DNA from: Octopus bimaculoides
Lineage: Eukaryota
Assembly (NCBI RefSeq): GCF_001194135.2
Contig: NC_068998.1
Coordinates: forward strand, 36,563,289 to 36,627,288
DNA length: 64,000 nucleotides
Direction of reading: 5' to 3'
Shown: positions 22,080-35,680 of the stretch, one piece after another
Numbering within the stretch: position 1 is the stretch's first letter
Layout of the letters: every line of letters starts with the position of its first letter
The notes under the pieces: model-generated
Told to the model about the DNA's origin: nothing
The model's input: the letters and a program-made list of their open reading frames with translations, nothing else
Database searches by the model: none
Made by a program: the position numbers and the translations under genes

Positions 22080-23734
22080 TGTATGTATATCATTATATGT
22101 AAAGGTAAGATCCATGGATTCAGCGGTACGAAATCAGTAAGCTTCGAGCAGCCGGTAGAAAGTATACAAGACAACTTTCAGGAGCAATAGTCGTTTATTG
22201 ACGTAGAAGGTTGTAAAGTTTTCCCTTATCGAAGTTCGATGAGCTGCAAAAAGTTATTTTATAGTTCAATGGAATAGATAAAATCCACGCTACAATGTAT
22301 TTTCAATTAAATCTCTTGCAAGTTAACATGGGACTCCTTGACGATAGAGTAACCTTCATTTGATTAAGAAACCATTAGCCCGTTGTGTTGCTAGCGATGT
22401 GTTCCTCGTTGAGTAATTACTACATCCGAGGTTCTGCTAGCTAGGAAACATATGTAGCCTGGATTTTACCTCCTCCACTCACTAAATTTGGATGATAAAT
22501 ATATATTTTACCTATTCCATTCCTTAAATTTGGATTATATATATACATGCGTGTGTGTATATGTGGATGCGTATGTATGAGAGTGTGTCTATGTATATAT
22601 GCGTATCTATCGATGCAAGTAAGTGTGAGTCATATGATTGTATGTACGTTTGGACACACTTCAATGACTTATAGAGCAGTAGTAGGAGTTCTGTCGGCAG
22701 AACTCCTACTATGCTGTTAACCCATATTCCATCCACACTTTTCTCATCTCCCTACTATTAGCTAACTTCAAGTTATATATCTAGTCTCATTTAAAGAAAT
22801 AAATTAGGTGTGGTACTGTCCGATGGTTGTTTTATGACCCGTTGACCTCTGTTATCACAGATAGTTAAATCCAGTTAATCTTCGGTGTGTTTTCACTCTC
22901 TTCAGTGAAGTCTTACTGAGAGACTCAATCCACAACCTGAGGTATTTTTGTCTCCGAACGCAATCTTCAATCATGTGACGAAAACGGTTTTTCCATGATG
23001 TAATCATTGTAATCAAACCATTCCATTCGTCAATAAGAAAAAAATGCATCTAAAACAGTTGAAGTGAGCCTTTAACCCATTTGTGTTATATATATATATA
23101 TATATATATATATNNNNNNNNNNNNNNNNNNNNNNNNNNNNNNNNNNNNNNNNNNNNNNNNNNNNNNNNNNNNNNNNNNNNNNNNNNNNNNNNNNNNNNN
23201 NNNNNNNNNNNNNNNNNNNNNNNNNNNNNNNNNNNNNNNNNNNNNNNNNNNNNNNNNNNNNNNNNNNNNNNNNNNNNNNNNNNNNNNNNNNNNNNNNNNN
23301 NNNNNNNNNNNNNNNNNNNNNNNNNNNNNNATATATAAGTGTGTATGCATAAACACATACACTTACATGCATACATATACACACACACATATATATATAT
23401 ATACATCCATCCATACATACATACATACATACATACATAAAAATATAGATATTTTATTTATAATCACAAGCTTCTCCAGAATGTGATCAATATATTATCT
23501 TCCTACGCAACTTGATGTTCTCGATAAAACAATATACAATGCCAGCCGAAAGAAGGGCTATTTTGGAGAGATATTAAAAGTACTACTGACGCTAAGAGCA
23601 TCCACGAAAAAGATATCGGTGGAAAATTCCACTCCACCAAATCCAAACATAACGTACCCGAGACAACAAAAGAACCCCTGCATGGTCACTCGACTTTCTA
23701 GAAGTAGTAGTTTAATCATCTCTGAAACCACACA

Positions 23735-23736
<2 letters not shown>

Positions 23737-23788
<52 letters not shown>

Positions 23789-23791
23789 TGA

Positions 23792-23818
<27 letters not shown>
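23737..23818. repeat. (GAC)n(GAT)n triplet microsatellite
   Basis: Directly visible; source of the poly-D and poly-S ORFs. Confidence 0.95.
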
Positions 23819-23822
<4 letters not shown>

Positions 23823-23889
23823 CTCAAATTTTGCCACAAGGCCAGCTATTGTTCACGATTACGCATCCCAGAAGCCCCCAAATATCAAG

Positions 23890-24300
23890 TCCTAGTGGGA
23901 TCTTAGGAATGCGGACACGTGCTGTAGGTTTCCCCATGTGGAAGAATACATAATTACTTTGTTGGTTTTGCAAGGGACCATTGAATGTTTCATAGCAAGG
24001 CATTCTGATTTTAACAACACCGAAATGGTGACGTATGTTTTGCCCCTCGCTATGTACTCGATGTCATCTCTGATGCATCTCAGCGCCGCCTCAATATCTA
24101 CTTGGGCTATGAAGGCCACTCTTTTCGTCTCTAATGAGATACTTCTGAAAAGTATCGTTCTTTTTTCCACTGCTTCAATTGCCTCTGATGGACAGTTAGA
24201 TTGGCCCAAGTTTTTTCTTGTTTAATCAGTTTCCAAGCCTGGGTCAACACATCTCTATTTGTGAGATCCACGGTAAAGCGTTGCTTCTGTTTCGCTGCTG
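23890..24300 (-). pseudogene. Coding-like remnant, possibly the C-terminal part of an R4/RLE non-LTR element
   Basis: Overlapping open stretches ...VLTQAWKLIKQEKTWANLTVHQRQLKQWKKERYFSEV and SLETKRVAFIAQVD...CKTNKVIM loosely resemble 'W..K..HGRY...ETEGF..AAQD...C...ET' motifs. Weak. Confidence 0.25.
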
Positions 24301-24600
24301 CTGCTGCGAACGTGTTTTAGTTGTTGGTAATGTTCTCGGTGTTGTTGTTGTTGCTGTTGTCGTTGCTGCTGCTGCTGCCGCCGGTGTTGTTGTTGTCGTT
24401 GTTCTTGTCGGTGTTGTTGGCATTGGTTTTGTTGTTATTGTTGTTGTCACTTATGCTATCGTTGTTGCTGTTGCTGCTATCGCTACTGCCACTGCAGTTG
24501 CTGTCTTTTTCGTTCTTGTTGTTACCACCACCACTACTACTGCAGCGGCTGTTGTCACTGCTACCGCTGTTGCTGTTACTGTTACTGCTGTTGTTACTAT
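24290..24600. repeat. Degenerate GTT/GCT triplet low-complexity tract
   Basis: Directly visible; explains four overlapping poly-V/L/T/N ORFs. Confidence 0.9.
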
Positions 24601-24992
24601 GAGGTGGACTTTGTACTGTAAGAGTTACGTTTTTCTCCTCTCCTTCACCTGCATTGTTGCCAGTAACAGAGTAGCGGAGAAGGAAATATTCAGCAGTCAC
24701 CAGATTCGTGGAAGGTGTTGTTTGGTTTTTTTTCTCAACTCTTTCAAAACGTGTTCCGCCATTTTGTTGAGTTGTGTTTCTTTAAATTGAACGCCCACCG
24801 AACTTAGTTGGTGGGCCGAATATAGCCCTTATAAGGGCTAAACAACCGTAGAAAACCAGTGACAGGTTCCCAGTGTTTCTATTGACAACGTGGAATAAAA
24901 TAAATAATGCAAATAAGCACCAAAAAATAAATGTTTAAAGCTGCACCAACCTGGAGCGTTTGAAAACACGTCTTATATATTTTTCAGTTAAT

Positions 24993-25051
24993 AGAAGAAG
25001 AAGAAGAAGAAGAAGAAGAAGAAGAAGAAGAAGAAGAAGAAGAAGAAGAAG

Positions 25052-25083
<32 letters not shown>
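24993..25083. repeat. (GAA)n(CAA)n compound microsatellite
   Basis: Directly visible. Confidence 0.95.
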
Positions 25084-25105
<22 letters not shown>

Positions 25106-25279
25106 ATGATTATGATAATGATGATGATGGTGATAGATTTTTTTTTTGTACTTGAAACAGAGATAGTATTGTTATTGTTTTGGCTGCTAAGTCTTTGATC
25201 GTATGCTTGTTCATTCAATGATCGCCTGAAGCTACGCAACGACAACAATAACAACAACAGAAAAAACAGTAATCCTTTC

Positions 25280-25690
25280 TAATTTAGGCCGGAGGCATGC
25301 ACTTTGAGGGGAGGAAAGAAGTAGATTACATCGACCCAGTGTTTGACTGGTACTTATTTTATCGAGCCCCGTAAAGATGAAAGAAAAATTTGACTGGTGG
25401 TGTTTAACGAGTCAGAAGAAGTGCCGCTCAGCATTTTGTCTGATGCGGTAACAGTTCTGCTTGTACGTCACTCTAATAACAATTTTTATGATATTGGCAC
25501 AAGGCCTGGAATTGTGTGGAGAAGGCTAAATCAATTACATCGATCCTATTGTTCAACTGGTACTTAGTTTATCGACCCAGTAAGACTGGAAGACAAAGTT
25601 GACTTCATATTCGTTGGAGAATAAAGCTGCAAGAAATGCCGCTAAGCATTTTGTCCGGCGCGGTGTGCCGCCAAACAACGACGGCCAATA
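25280..25690 (-). mobile_element. Two tandem SINE family 3 copies
   Basis: The blocks aggcc..gaa..ttacatcga..cagtg..actggtactta.tttatcga.ccc.taagat occur twice (25285-25470, 25495-25690). Confidence 0.7.
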
Positions 25691-25952
25691 ATAAAAAGAA
25701 ATAACAAAAACAATCTTAGTAACATAGTTGGTTAGATTGTTGTTTCTTGAGTCGAGAGATATCTTAAAATTCATGGAATATAATAAAAACAACGCTGATG
25801 TGGACATTTTCTCCAGACTGGTGATAGGCTGACCTTCTCTTGGTTTGAAACCTGCAGCTTCTTCACACTGCCGAGATATTCTCATTTGTTACAGCTGCTG
25901 ATGATGTTGCTATTGCTGTTACTGATGCTGCTGTTCCTGTTGCTGGTATGTT

Positions 25953-26023
<71 letters not shown>

Positions 26024-26424
26024 TACTATATCTAGAATTACATTGTCCTCTGCTATTCAGTTGTAAAGATAGGATGTGATTTCAAAGAGATTTGGCAGGC
26101 AATTCTCTCTGTCTCTCTTCCTAACTCTCCTCATTCTCTTCCTCTCTCTCTCTCATCTGAAGATGAAATCCATGATCCATGATCGATCCCATCGGATATA
26201 TTTTATAAGCTATAATTATAATTTGTGATTATTCATCGGTTTTGATTATTGATCGCCGAAACAATTTTAATGGATACAAATGAGCGAAATGGCAAAAAAT
26301 TGCTTCTTGTTTTTGCCTCATACATACATACATACATCCATACATACATATACATACATGCATGCATATATACGTGTTTTTCTCCATTTTTTTTTTCTCC
26401 GTGTTTTTCTCCTTGTCTCCGTAT

Positions 26425-26461
26425 TCTTTCTGTTGAAGAGCGTAGCTCGAAACGTTAAAGA
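26425..26461 (+). ncRNA. Minimal hammerhead, A6U variant
   Basis: UCUUU-CUGUUGA-A-GAGC GUA GCUC-GAAACGUU^-AAAGA; perfect 5-bp stem I, 4-bp stem II, palindromic AACGUU stem III. Lies in a probable PLE terminus at ~26360-26555. Confidence 0.75.
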
Positions 26462-26551
26462 CTTTCCGTATTCCCGAGCGTCATACTAATACATCCTTTT
26501 GTTGTTTACACCACCTGTCCTCGTCTGTTGTTGTTTTTTCGTACATTCTCC

Positions 26552-26606
<55 letters not shown>

Positions 26607-26689
26607 TTCTATATATGTATATACATACATATACATATAATGTATATGTATATGTATGAGGTATTATACTGTAAATAATGCGAAAGTGG

Positions 26690-26960
26690 GCATAACTTAT
26701 TTACTGATGTGCGAATTGCAATGTTGTTAGTGAAACTCTATCTATACAAAGGTTTTATAAAAAAAAAAATGCATCTGTGCCTTTCTTGAAGCCACCTCTT
26801 GAATCCTCTTTGAAGAACTTCAGCTGTGCTGTGTACTGTTGTACACACTTCTTCACAGCCACTTTCACCTCGACTGCCTCAACAAATCCTTCTTCTCGAA
26901 GACTGTCCTTCATAGGGCCAAGCAGGTGGAAATCGGGTGGTGTCATTTTATCAGATATGC
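26690..26960 (-). mobile_element. mariner transposase C-terminal fragment
   Basis: TPPDFHLLGPMKDSLREEGF...VKVAVKK matches PSDFHLFGPMK..LRG..F. Confidence 0.75.
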
Positions 26961-27834
26961 TAACGTTTCTGCCAGCCTACGTTCTGATTTATGCATAAGG
27001 CCTGCAATTTTCAGTGTAGGGACCTGTAATTTTCAGGGCAGGGAGTTAGTTAATAACAATGACTCCCAGTACTTGAAAGAAACTTTATTTTATCAACCCC
27101 AAAAGGATGAAAGGTAAAGTTGAGCTCAGCGTGAATTGAACTCAGAATAAAAACTTTGATAAGAAATACAGCAAACCACTTTATCAGAGTTATAGCGTAC
27201 ACTGACAAGATTAGAACTCAAACCGTAAGGGCTCTGTACTAATCATGGCAATCGTTTTAATCGCCACTCCGGCAATTTTACAGCATCTACACATTGAATA
27301 CCCCCAACCATGTTGATATCAATGACACTATAAACAATGATTTCTTTCTATATTTGCTCAACATGTTGATTCTATTGATTTCCTTTCGAATAACACAAAA
27401 TTAATATTGATTTATTCATTCATGACTCCAGGCAGAGCTTTATAGAGGACGAACTCAAAAGTTTTAAAGCAAATAAAATAAACTGAATTCGCAGTAAACG
27501 AAAACCTAATGGTTACAAATTAGAGCTGGAAAATTAAGGGAAGTAATTTGATACCCTAAAAGTAGAACATGGGGAACAATTACTGAAAAATTTAGAAAAA
27601 CCAATATGTTATCGGTGAAACGTTATAAGTACAAAAGAAAATTCGTGTAAATGCTCTTGTGTTAGCTGTATTCATGATTACGATTGTTTTAAGATGATCC
27701 TAAATTGCGAAATGCTTTCTGTATGCTAATTTTTAAATTACATTAACAAATCCAGCTGATACATCACAACTCATTCTTCCAAACTTTAGATACATTTTGC
27801 TGATTAACGCATATTCAATCAATATATATCTTTT

Positions 27835-28262
27835 ATCTTTTACTTGTTTCATTCATTTGACTGCAGCCTTGATGGGGCCCCACCTTGAAGAATTTTAATT
27901 GAATGAACCGACCCCTGTACTTTTTAAAGCCTGGTACTTATTCAATAGGTGTCTTTATTGCCGAACTACTAGGTTGCGGGGACGAAAACACACCGACACC
28001 GATTGTTAAGCGGTGATGGAGACAAACACATACACAAAGACACACACACACACACACAAATATAATTATGTGTGTGTGTGTGTGTTTGCATATATATATA
28101 TATAAATGTATATATATATGTATATATGTATATAAGACAGGCTTCTTTCAGCTTCCGGCTACCAAATCCACTCACAAGGCTTTTGTCGGCCAAAGGGTTA
28201 CAAAGTGGGACTGAACCCGGAATCATGAGGTTGGGAAGCAAGCTTCTTACCACACAGCTTTT
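27835..28262 (-). mobile_element. SINE family 2 copy
   Basis: Minus strand: gctgtgtggtaagaagcttgcttcccaac..ttccgggttcagtcccact ... internal (TA/TG)n ... ttgaataagtaccaggc; homologous to 56201-56570. Confidence 0.85.
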
Positions 28263-28749
28263 GTCTTTACAAGCGTAAAATAATCCTTTCGGATTTTGCC
28301 ACAAGGGCAACAAGTGCAATGGACGTGTTAAGTCGATTACATCAACTCCAGTGTTCAACTGGTACTCATTTTATCAAACTCAAAAGATTGAAAGACAAAG
28401 CCAGCCTCGGTAGAATTTGAACTCAGAACGTAAAGAAGCACGAAATACCACTATGCACTTTTCTCGGCCTGCAAAAGATTCTTCGCCGCCTTAAACATGC
28501 GTAAAATAATTTTTAAAAAAGCAGAAAAAGAAATTGGTGGGATATCAGAAATGAAAAGTAAGATTTTTATACTGCAAAATGTTAACTGAAAATGATCTAA
28601 TAAATAATTTCGAACTCATTATCAGATAATTCATATATGGTAAATTCCTTTGGAGAGAGCGTCCATTAAAGGTAATCTCAGGCATCGACATCTAAATATT
28701 TCGATCCTGAACAAGTTTGTGGTATGTGCGTACAGAGACACACACACAC

Positions 28750-28788
<39 letters not shown>

Positions 28789-28802
28789 CGCGCGCGCACG
28801 CA

Positions 28803-28834
<32 letters not shown>

Positions 28835-28851
28835 CACACGCACACACACAA

Positions 28852-29063
28852 AGGGGTGGTGAAAAGTTCTTGGCTTTGGGTAAAAGAAAATACAGATGGA
28901 TCAGTTAAATAGGATTTTATTCAACATATTCCCATCTCAGATCCACACACTTAATGTTGCAGTCCTTCAGTTTTTCTAAGCGTTGTAAAAGAACTTGGAG
29001 AGTTGGACCTCCACCCAAGCCTTTCGCGATATCCTTAAAGCCAGGAACACTTCAGCACCCCCT
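28852..29063. mobile_element. Complete mariner-type MITE (~210 bp)
   Basis: TIRs aggggtggtgaaaagttcttggcttt ... aaagccaggaacacttcagcacccct; a second partial copy lies at 10213. Confidence 0.8.
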
Positions 29064-29294
29064 CATACATACATACATACATGTATAATTATGTGTGTGT
29101 CCTTGTGTTTGTCCTTCCCGCCATTTGGCAACAGTTTTGGTTTATTTACGTCCTTCTAACCTGGCGGTTCGACAAAAGTGATTGATAGAGTAATTGCCAA
29201 ACTTAAAAGTAAGTACTAGTGTCGATTTGTTCGACTACATACTTCGAGACAGTGCCTCAACATGATCACAGTCGAGTGGTAAAGAAACCTTTAG

Positions 29295-29608
29295 ATCATA
29301 AATGACCATCGGATTGCACCTAGGAAGTTCCCCTCCGAGGCACAAGTCCGCGCAAGGTTGTTTATGGAAGACCAGGAGTCGCCCTTGCATACCAGCCTCT
29401 CCTCTCCACGCCACCGATTTTAGCCAAGGGAAAGGCAAAGGCTGATACAGCTTGGTACCAGTGACCTTGCAGCCCATTTCTACAGCTGAATGAACTAAAG
29501 CAACATGAAATGAAATGTCTTGCTCAAGAACACAACCCACAGCCTGGTCCAGGAATCGAGCTCACAACCTCATGACTGAGAGCCCGTTGCTCTAACTACT
29601 GAGCCGTG
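29295..29608 (-). mobile_element. tRNA-derived SINE, family 4
   Basis: Homologous along its length to 59600-59972; tRNA-like head on minus (ggctcagtagttagag...gagctcgattcctgg). Confidence 0.85.
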
Positions 29609-30074
29609 ACTGAAACAGAAAACAAGTAAGAATCCTTCATAGAAATGATTTCGTTTGTAAAATTGGAACGGTTTCCTAAATCTTCACTTTATCACAGCGA
29701 ACAGAAACATTGAAAATTCGGGATTAACTATATAAATATGTATTATTATCGAAGTAATCGAAGAGACCGTCTCTAGCGCATTTATCTCGTGGCGTCCATA
29801 CGTATCAATCAGTCAGCCACGTGTTCCATGTATGCGTGTATGAATGTATGTATGCTCTTCTCTTTCTCTTTTCACTACTTGGTAGCAAGTCACCTACTTG
29901 GCAGTAAAGTCACGAAGGAAAGTATCTTCTTTTAACCATCATCCTTTAAATTTTGAGAAGGTCTTTCAGATCTTTATAGTTCCATATACCTTAATCATTT
30001 GCAGCATATGAATTAATTTGTAAGTTTATGTGCGTATTTACGTGTAGGAGTAAATACGTTGATGCGCGCGCGAT

Positions 30075-30350
30075 GGGTTTAAAATATCTGATTATATACT
30101 GTCTTGGAAAGACCATATTGAAAATGCCAATAAGAAAAAAACGTTCAAATTACACGTAACTCTGGAAGACCGGAAGTTGCTGGAAGACACATTATGTACT
30201 CATGGATGTGAGCTGCAGAGGATTTTCAGGATGCTCACACTGCTTCTCTTTATCACCTTGGTCTTTGCAAGGGCAACAAAGAAGACGACAATTCAATATG
30301 GAAGCAAAGTCGAGGAGAAATGCAACAGAATGTTGGATCAAGAGAACTGA
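30075..30350 (+). mobile_element. Possible CR1/L2-type LINE RT C-terminal remnant
   Basis: KYL-II..LSWKDHIEN and LQRIFRMLTLLLFITLV..IQYGSKV resemble 'KYLG...L.WKDHI' and 'LLLY.TLVRP.LEY.S.VW'. Confidence 0.35.
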
Positions 30351-32234
30351 TCTGTGAGTTTTTTCTGTTTGGGTTTTATTTTGAACGAGCTCTATGTGTT
30401 TGTATGTAGGTATGTGTGTCCTTTGTCGTATGTATCCATCAGTGTGAATATCACATGTATTCGTATTATGTGTAGGATGAGTAAAGCGGTGAACTGGCAA
30501 AATCATTATCGCGTCGGACAAAATGCTCTTTAAGTTCTGAGCTCAAATTCGACCGAAGTCAACTATTTTTTCTATCGTTTCGGAGTCAATAAAATACATT
30601 TCTAGTCAAGTACTAAGGTTGGTGAAATTGAGTTACTCCGCACCTTAAAATTGCTGACCTTGTGCTAAGAATAAAAATGATTTTCAAGTGGTGAGTTTGC
30701 TTCCGTATATATTTGTCCACATGCCTGTTCGCTGTTAGCTGTGTGTTTGTGTATGATGTTACGTAGTTCAGATACTAATCTGCCTGTGGCTTTAGCGTAA
30801 ATCTGCATGTTCTTGTATGTGTTTGAAAGTTTGTGCATGCGTGCGTTACATTGCATTTCTTTTCTTCCATGAATGAATGGAAAACATTTTTCTGTGCTGG
30901 TAAAAGCAACACATCTTCAGTTTCAAGGATTCCAGAGCACAGAAATATACTGCAAATGGTTGTAGACAGAAAGATTTATGCTTAAGCTGGCATTAGTCGT
31001 AATATTATTCCGGTACAATAGACATATTTTTCGCAATATTTAATATACACGCAAGCAGATAAATTGATTCTGAACTCTAGTATTATATAGATGGACTGCT
31101 ACTGACATATTTACTTTTTTACACTAATCTAATTGCTCTACTAAGATGTTAGTTGTTTCTCTTTTCACTTCACACCGTCAGCAAAATTGCATCGATGCGT
31201 TTGTAATTGAGACAAACAGAGTCTTATTGAATTACTGTCAGGTAGGTCATTTCAATATATCTCGAACATTAAATAACGCCTTAAACTAAACCTTTCCTAA
31301 AGTGGCTCCTGTGAATTGCTGCCAATGTTATTATGGAAGAACAGCATGAAATTTTAATTACTGCATATGACATACCCAGAGGGAACTAAAATCTTGACCA
31401 ATCTTGTGTGACATCAAAATGGTCAACGATAAATCACAACCAAAGTCCCTTAAGATTTCTTATCCAATGATTCTACCCCATTAAGCAGAACTGGCAAGTT
31501 TATTGTCTGAGAATATTTTCTTAACCCCTTCCTTTTCATGATGTTTATTAAGATAGATTCTCATTATGTACAGAGACAGACCATTGAAATTAATAATCTT
31601 TCACTTCGTAAATCTTATTCAACAAGAGCCTTGAATATATATTGATTAAAATATAATCGTTAACTGCGGAAACAACATCCACATTCCTTTAACATCAAAT
31701 GATATTTCGTAACATTATGTTCACCAAGGTATTATACTGACTTCTAAGTTATCGTCTGACCTGCTACATAATACCAGCCAAATCTCCCTCAAATCACTCA
31801 CCAACATCTTAAAAATAGAGAAGGACATGTGTCATGTATGACCAGTAATTCCTGGTTCAAAGAAACTAATTTCTAGTCATAGACCAAAACAAGTAAAGCG
31901 TCATATAGTAAGTGTTGTTCAGTATAACCATGGAGGTTATTCGGAACGGTGAAACTGCTGATGCTGATACTGTCAAACATAGATCGTATTTATCAACTTT
32001 ATGTGCCACAGCTGTTTCCAAAATCCCTTACTTTTTGGCATTTGTGAGAGACTGCTTTCCGCGCAGGTCAACAACTTCGTGTGTGTCTGAAATAGCCACA
32101 AAACCAATATTGAGAGGGTTTTCCTTTTCTTCTTCTGGCTTTGGGGAATCAATTGGCTTGACTACGACGGGTGCCTTTGGACTGAAGTTGGCATACTCAG
32201 AGTTTGAAAAGAAACTGGAACTCTGTTGAGCCAC

Positions 32235-32292
32235 AACTACGAGATGAGGACAAATATCCGTCAAATGTAAATAATGTAAATAATCTACATTT
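32235..32292 (+). mobile_element. Isolated 3' tail of the same PLE pLTR as 7830-9030
   Basis: gatgaggacaaatatccgtcaaatgtaaataatgta matches 8977-9012. Confidence 0.75.
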
Positions 32293-32343
32293 ATCTATCT
32301 ATATCTATACACGCACACACACACATGCACAGGCACATAATCA

Positions 32344-32393
<50 letters not shown>

Positions 32394-32413
32394 AATAGAT
32401 AGATAGATCGATC

Positions 32414-32469
<56 letters not shown>

Positions 32470-33069
32470 TTACATGCTTACACAAACATGACAACACACA
32501 AACGCATATACTACTGTGTGTATATGTGCATGTGTGAGTTAGTGAGTGTGTGCCTGTGCGTGCGTGTTGCAGCTCCTGGGAAATCATATCTTGTTGCCAC
32601 GGTATGATTGTACTGGTGTATGACTTGCACACTCATTCAATGTCTGTCTCATATCGGTCCTGATGTGGTTGCAGTGACAGAGCTCTAACTGTCATTTCTA
32701 GCGTTTGGAAAGACCATGTTGAAGCAGCATGGTTGTCTCCTGCAACTATATGCTAGTAAACTGTAAATAGATATCGTGTAAAGTACACTTGTCTGTTATA
32801 AATAGGTTCGCCGTATTTATATTTCCATTTAGCGTCTATGATGGGTAAATATCGATATCCACAACGTGTTTTGTTTGCTTTGCGTGTTGAAATCAGTTCC
32901 AAGGAGGATGGTTTTTCATGATGTTCCCTTACATTTTGCACAGACACGGCTGTATGGTTAAGAAGCTTGCTTTGCATTTGCATGGCTTCGGGTTCAGTCC
33001 CGCTGCGTGGCACCTTGAGCAAGATTTTATTCTACTGTAAACCAGATCTATCGGTACCTCGTGAACCTG

Positions 33070-33480
33070 GTATACATAAACTGTGTGGAAGTCTGTCGTG
33101 CAATATCAACAAAGAGACAGACGCTTACATACTAGCCTGTGAGAAGAACACAGGAAATCTACGTATCAAGGAAGTTATATTAATCTACCGCCTCAACTCA
33201 AAAGTCAACAATCGATCGGAGATGGGTTGGTGGCTCCTATGAATACATCACGGCGATTACGACCAGCAAAATGTCATTCGCCACTGACACCATTTTCCAC
33301 CATTACTACGAGAAAATATGTCACAACAATCACGACCAACAGGTATAAAATTGCTGTTGCTGCTAACTCAAGCGCTGCGCAGTTTAAAATAAAAAAAAGA
33401 CTCTGTAAATACACATTTCTTAGATTGCTTTCTTCTGAAGATAGAGCTTTGCGTCCGACATATAAAGAATTTTAAAACAT
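33070..33480 (+). mobile_element. PLE 3' end (GIY-YIG C-terminus + pLTR)
   Basis: AYILACEKNTGNLRIKEVILIYRLNSKVNNRSE matches the 'IL..E.N...L.IKE.I.I..L.P.LN' PLE C-terminus; a hammerhead motif follows ~200 nt later. Confidence 0.65.
33430..33469 (+). ncRNA. Hammerhead motif, probably inactivated (A14C, damaged stem II)
   Basis: UUCUU-CUGAAGA-U-AGAGCUUUGCGUCC-GACAUAUA^-AAGAA; 5-bp stem I. Confidence 0.55.
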
Positions 33481-34369
33481 CTCTGCATTGTTAGATGCTT
33501 TTTTTATTTTCCTTTTCTTTCATTTTCTATTTGTGGGTGTGTGTGTGGGGGGTGTATAAAACTTAATACGCACATACTTAATACACTCAAATCCTCACTG
33601 TAGTTCTTCCAGATCAACTCCTACACCTGAGAAATGCAGGCATACGACCGCCCTGCCTGTCGTAGCTGCACCACCAGAGGAGTCACCCCCTACAAACAGA
33701 ATCAGATTGCACTCGACCTGCAGCAGAAACCTCCGAGCATTCATCAGCCATATCAGCCACAGTAGGACGCACTGTAACCCATCTTCTTTTCCCATGTGAT
33801 ATCCTGGTTACCGTCGACAACGACGGACGAACTTTGTTATTGTTATACTTAATATTTCGCAGTCTCATTGATATTGGCTCCTTTATTGATGTCTATTACA
33901 TCCTGTAAACAATGAAAATATTTGTAAACGCCAGTAGTTGCCTTTATCAATATTGCCACAGTATATGTTAGAAATGTCTGCCTAGAGCAAAAGTCAACAA
34001 TAATAAGTTTTTCCTAAGTTGATGTAGGTAACGAGATGGCAAAGAACAAAACGTATGTTTGAGTATACATAACACTACGTTTGTATGTGTATGTATCTAT
34101 GTATGTATGCGTGTATAGTACATAACCTTAGATAGAAATATATGCACTTCAAAAGTATAGTGTACGAGTGTTATCCTATAGAGACATACGCTGGGTTTGT
34201 ACGCTCATATTTAAACTTATCTGGTTACCTGTTTTAGTATTCTATCATTAGGCTATATAGGATATATGATATCTACGTCGAGCCCCTTGATTAAGCCATC
34301 ACATGTACCTACCGAAAAATAAAGATGTAGGTTTTTTTTTTCAGAACAGCTTTTCCAGACAGAAGAAAT

Positions 34370-35453
<1,084 letters not shown>

Positions 35454-35469
35454 TTTTACTTTTATTTTT

Positions 35470-35680
35470 AGCGAGCTGGCAGAATCATTAGCACGCCTGG
35501 CAAAATTCTTTGTAGCATTCGCCTGTCTTTACGTTCTAAGTTCAAATTCCACCGACGTTAATCTTGCCTTCTATCTCTTCCAGGGTTGATGAAATATGTA
35601 CCAGTCAAACAGCGGGGTCGATTAATCGACTTCCCCACCCCTCAAAAATTGCCCCCCCCCCTATGCCAATATTTGAAACC
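35470..35680 (+). mobile_element. SINE family 3 copy
   Basis: gcgagctggcagaatcattagcacgcctgg...tttacgttctaagttcaaattccaccgac... Confidence 0.8.

Noticed and set aside
22870-22910. Minus-strand CUGAAGA with a partial stem II and GAAG
   Set aside because: No U at 16.1 and GAAA is broken; too degenerate to call.
24317-24790. Long N/S-rich and V/A-rich ORFs resembling low-complexity proteins
   Set aside because: Frames are open on both strands because of GTT/GCT triplet repeats; there is no ATG or credible acceptor for the N/S-rich frame.
30231-30350. 39-aa ORF with an apparent signal peptide (MLTLLLFITLVFARA|TKK...) between splice-like sites
   Set aside because: The same frame continues upstream into LSWKDHIEN preceded by KYL, which fits a decayed CR1/L2 RT C-terminus. 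The hydrophobic stretch corresponds to the LINE 'LLLY.TLV' motif.
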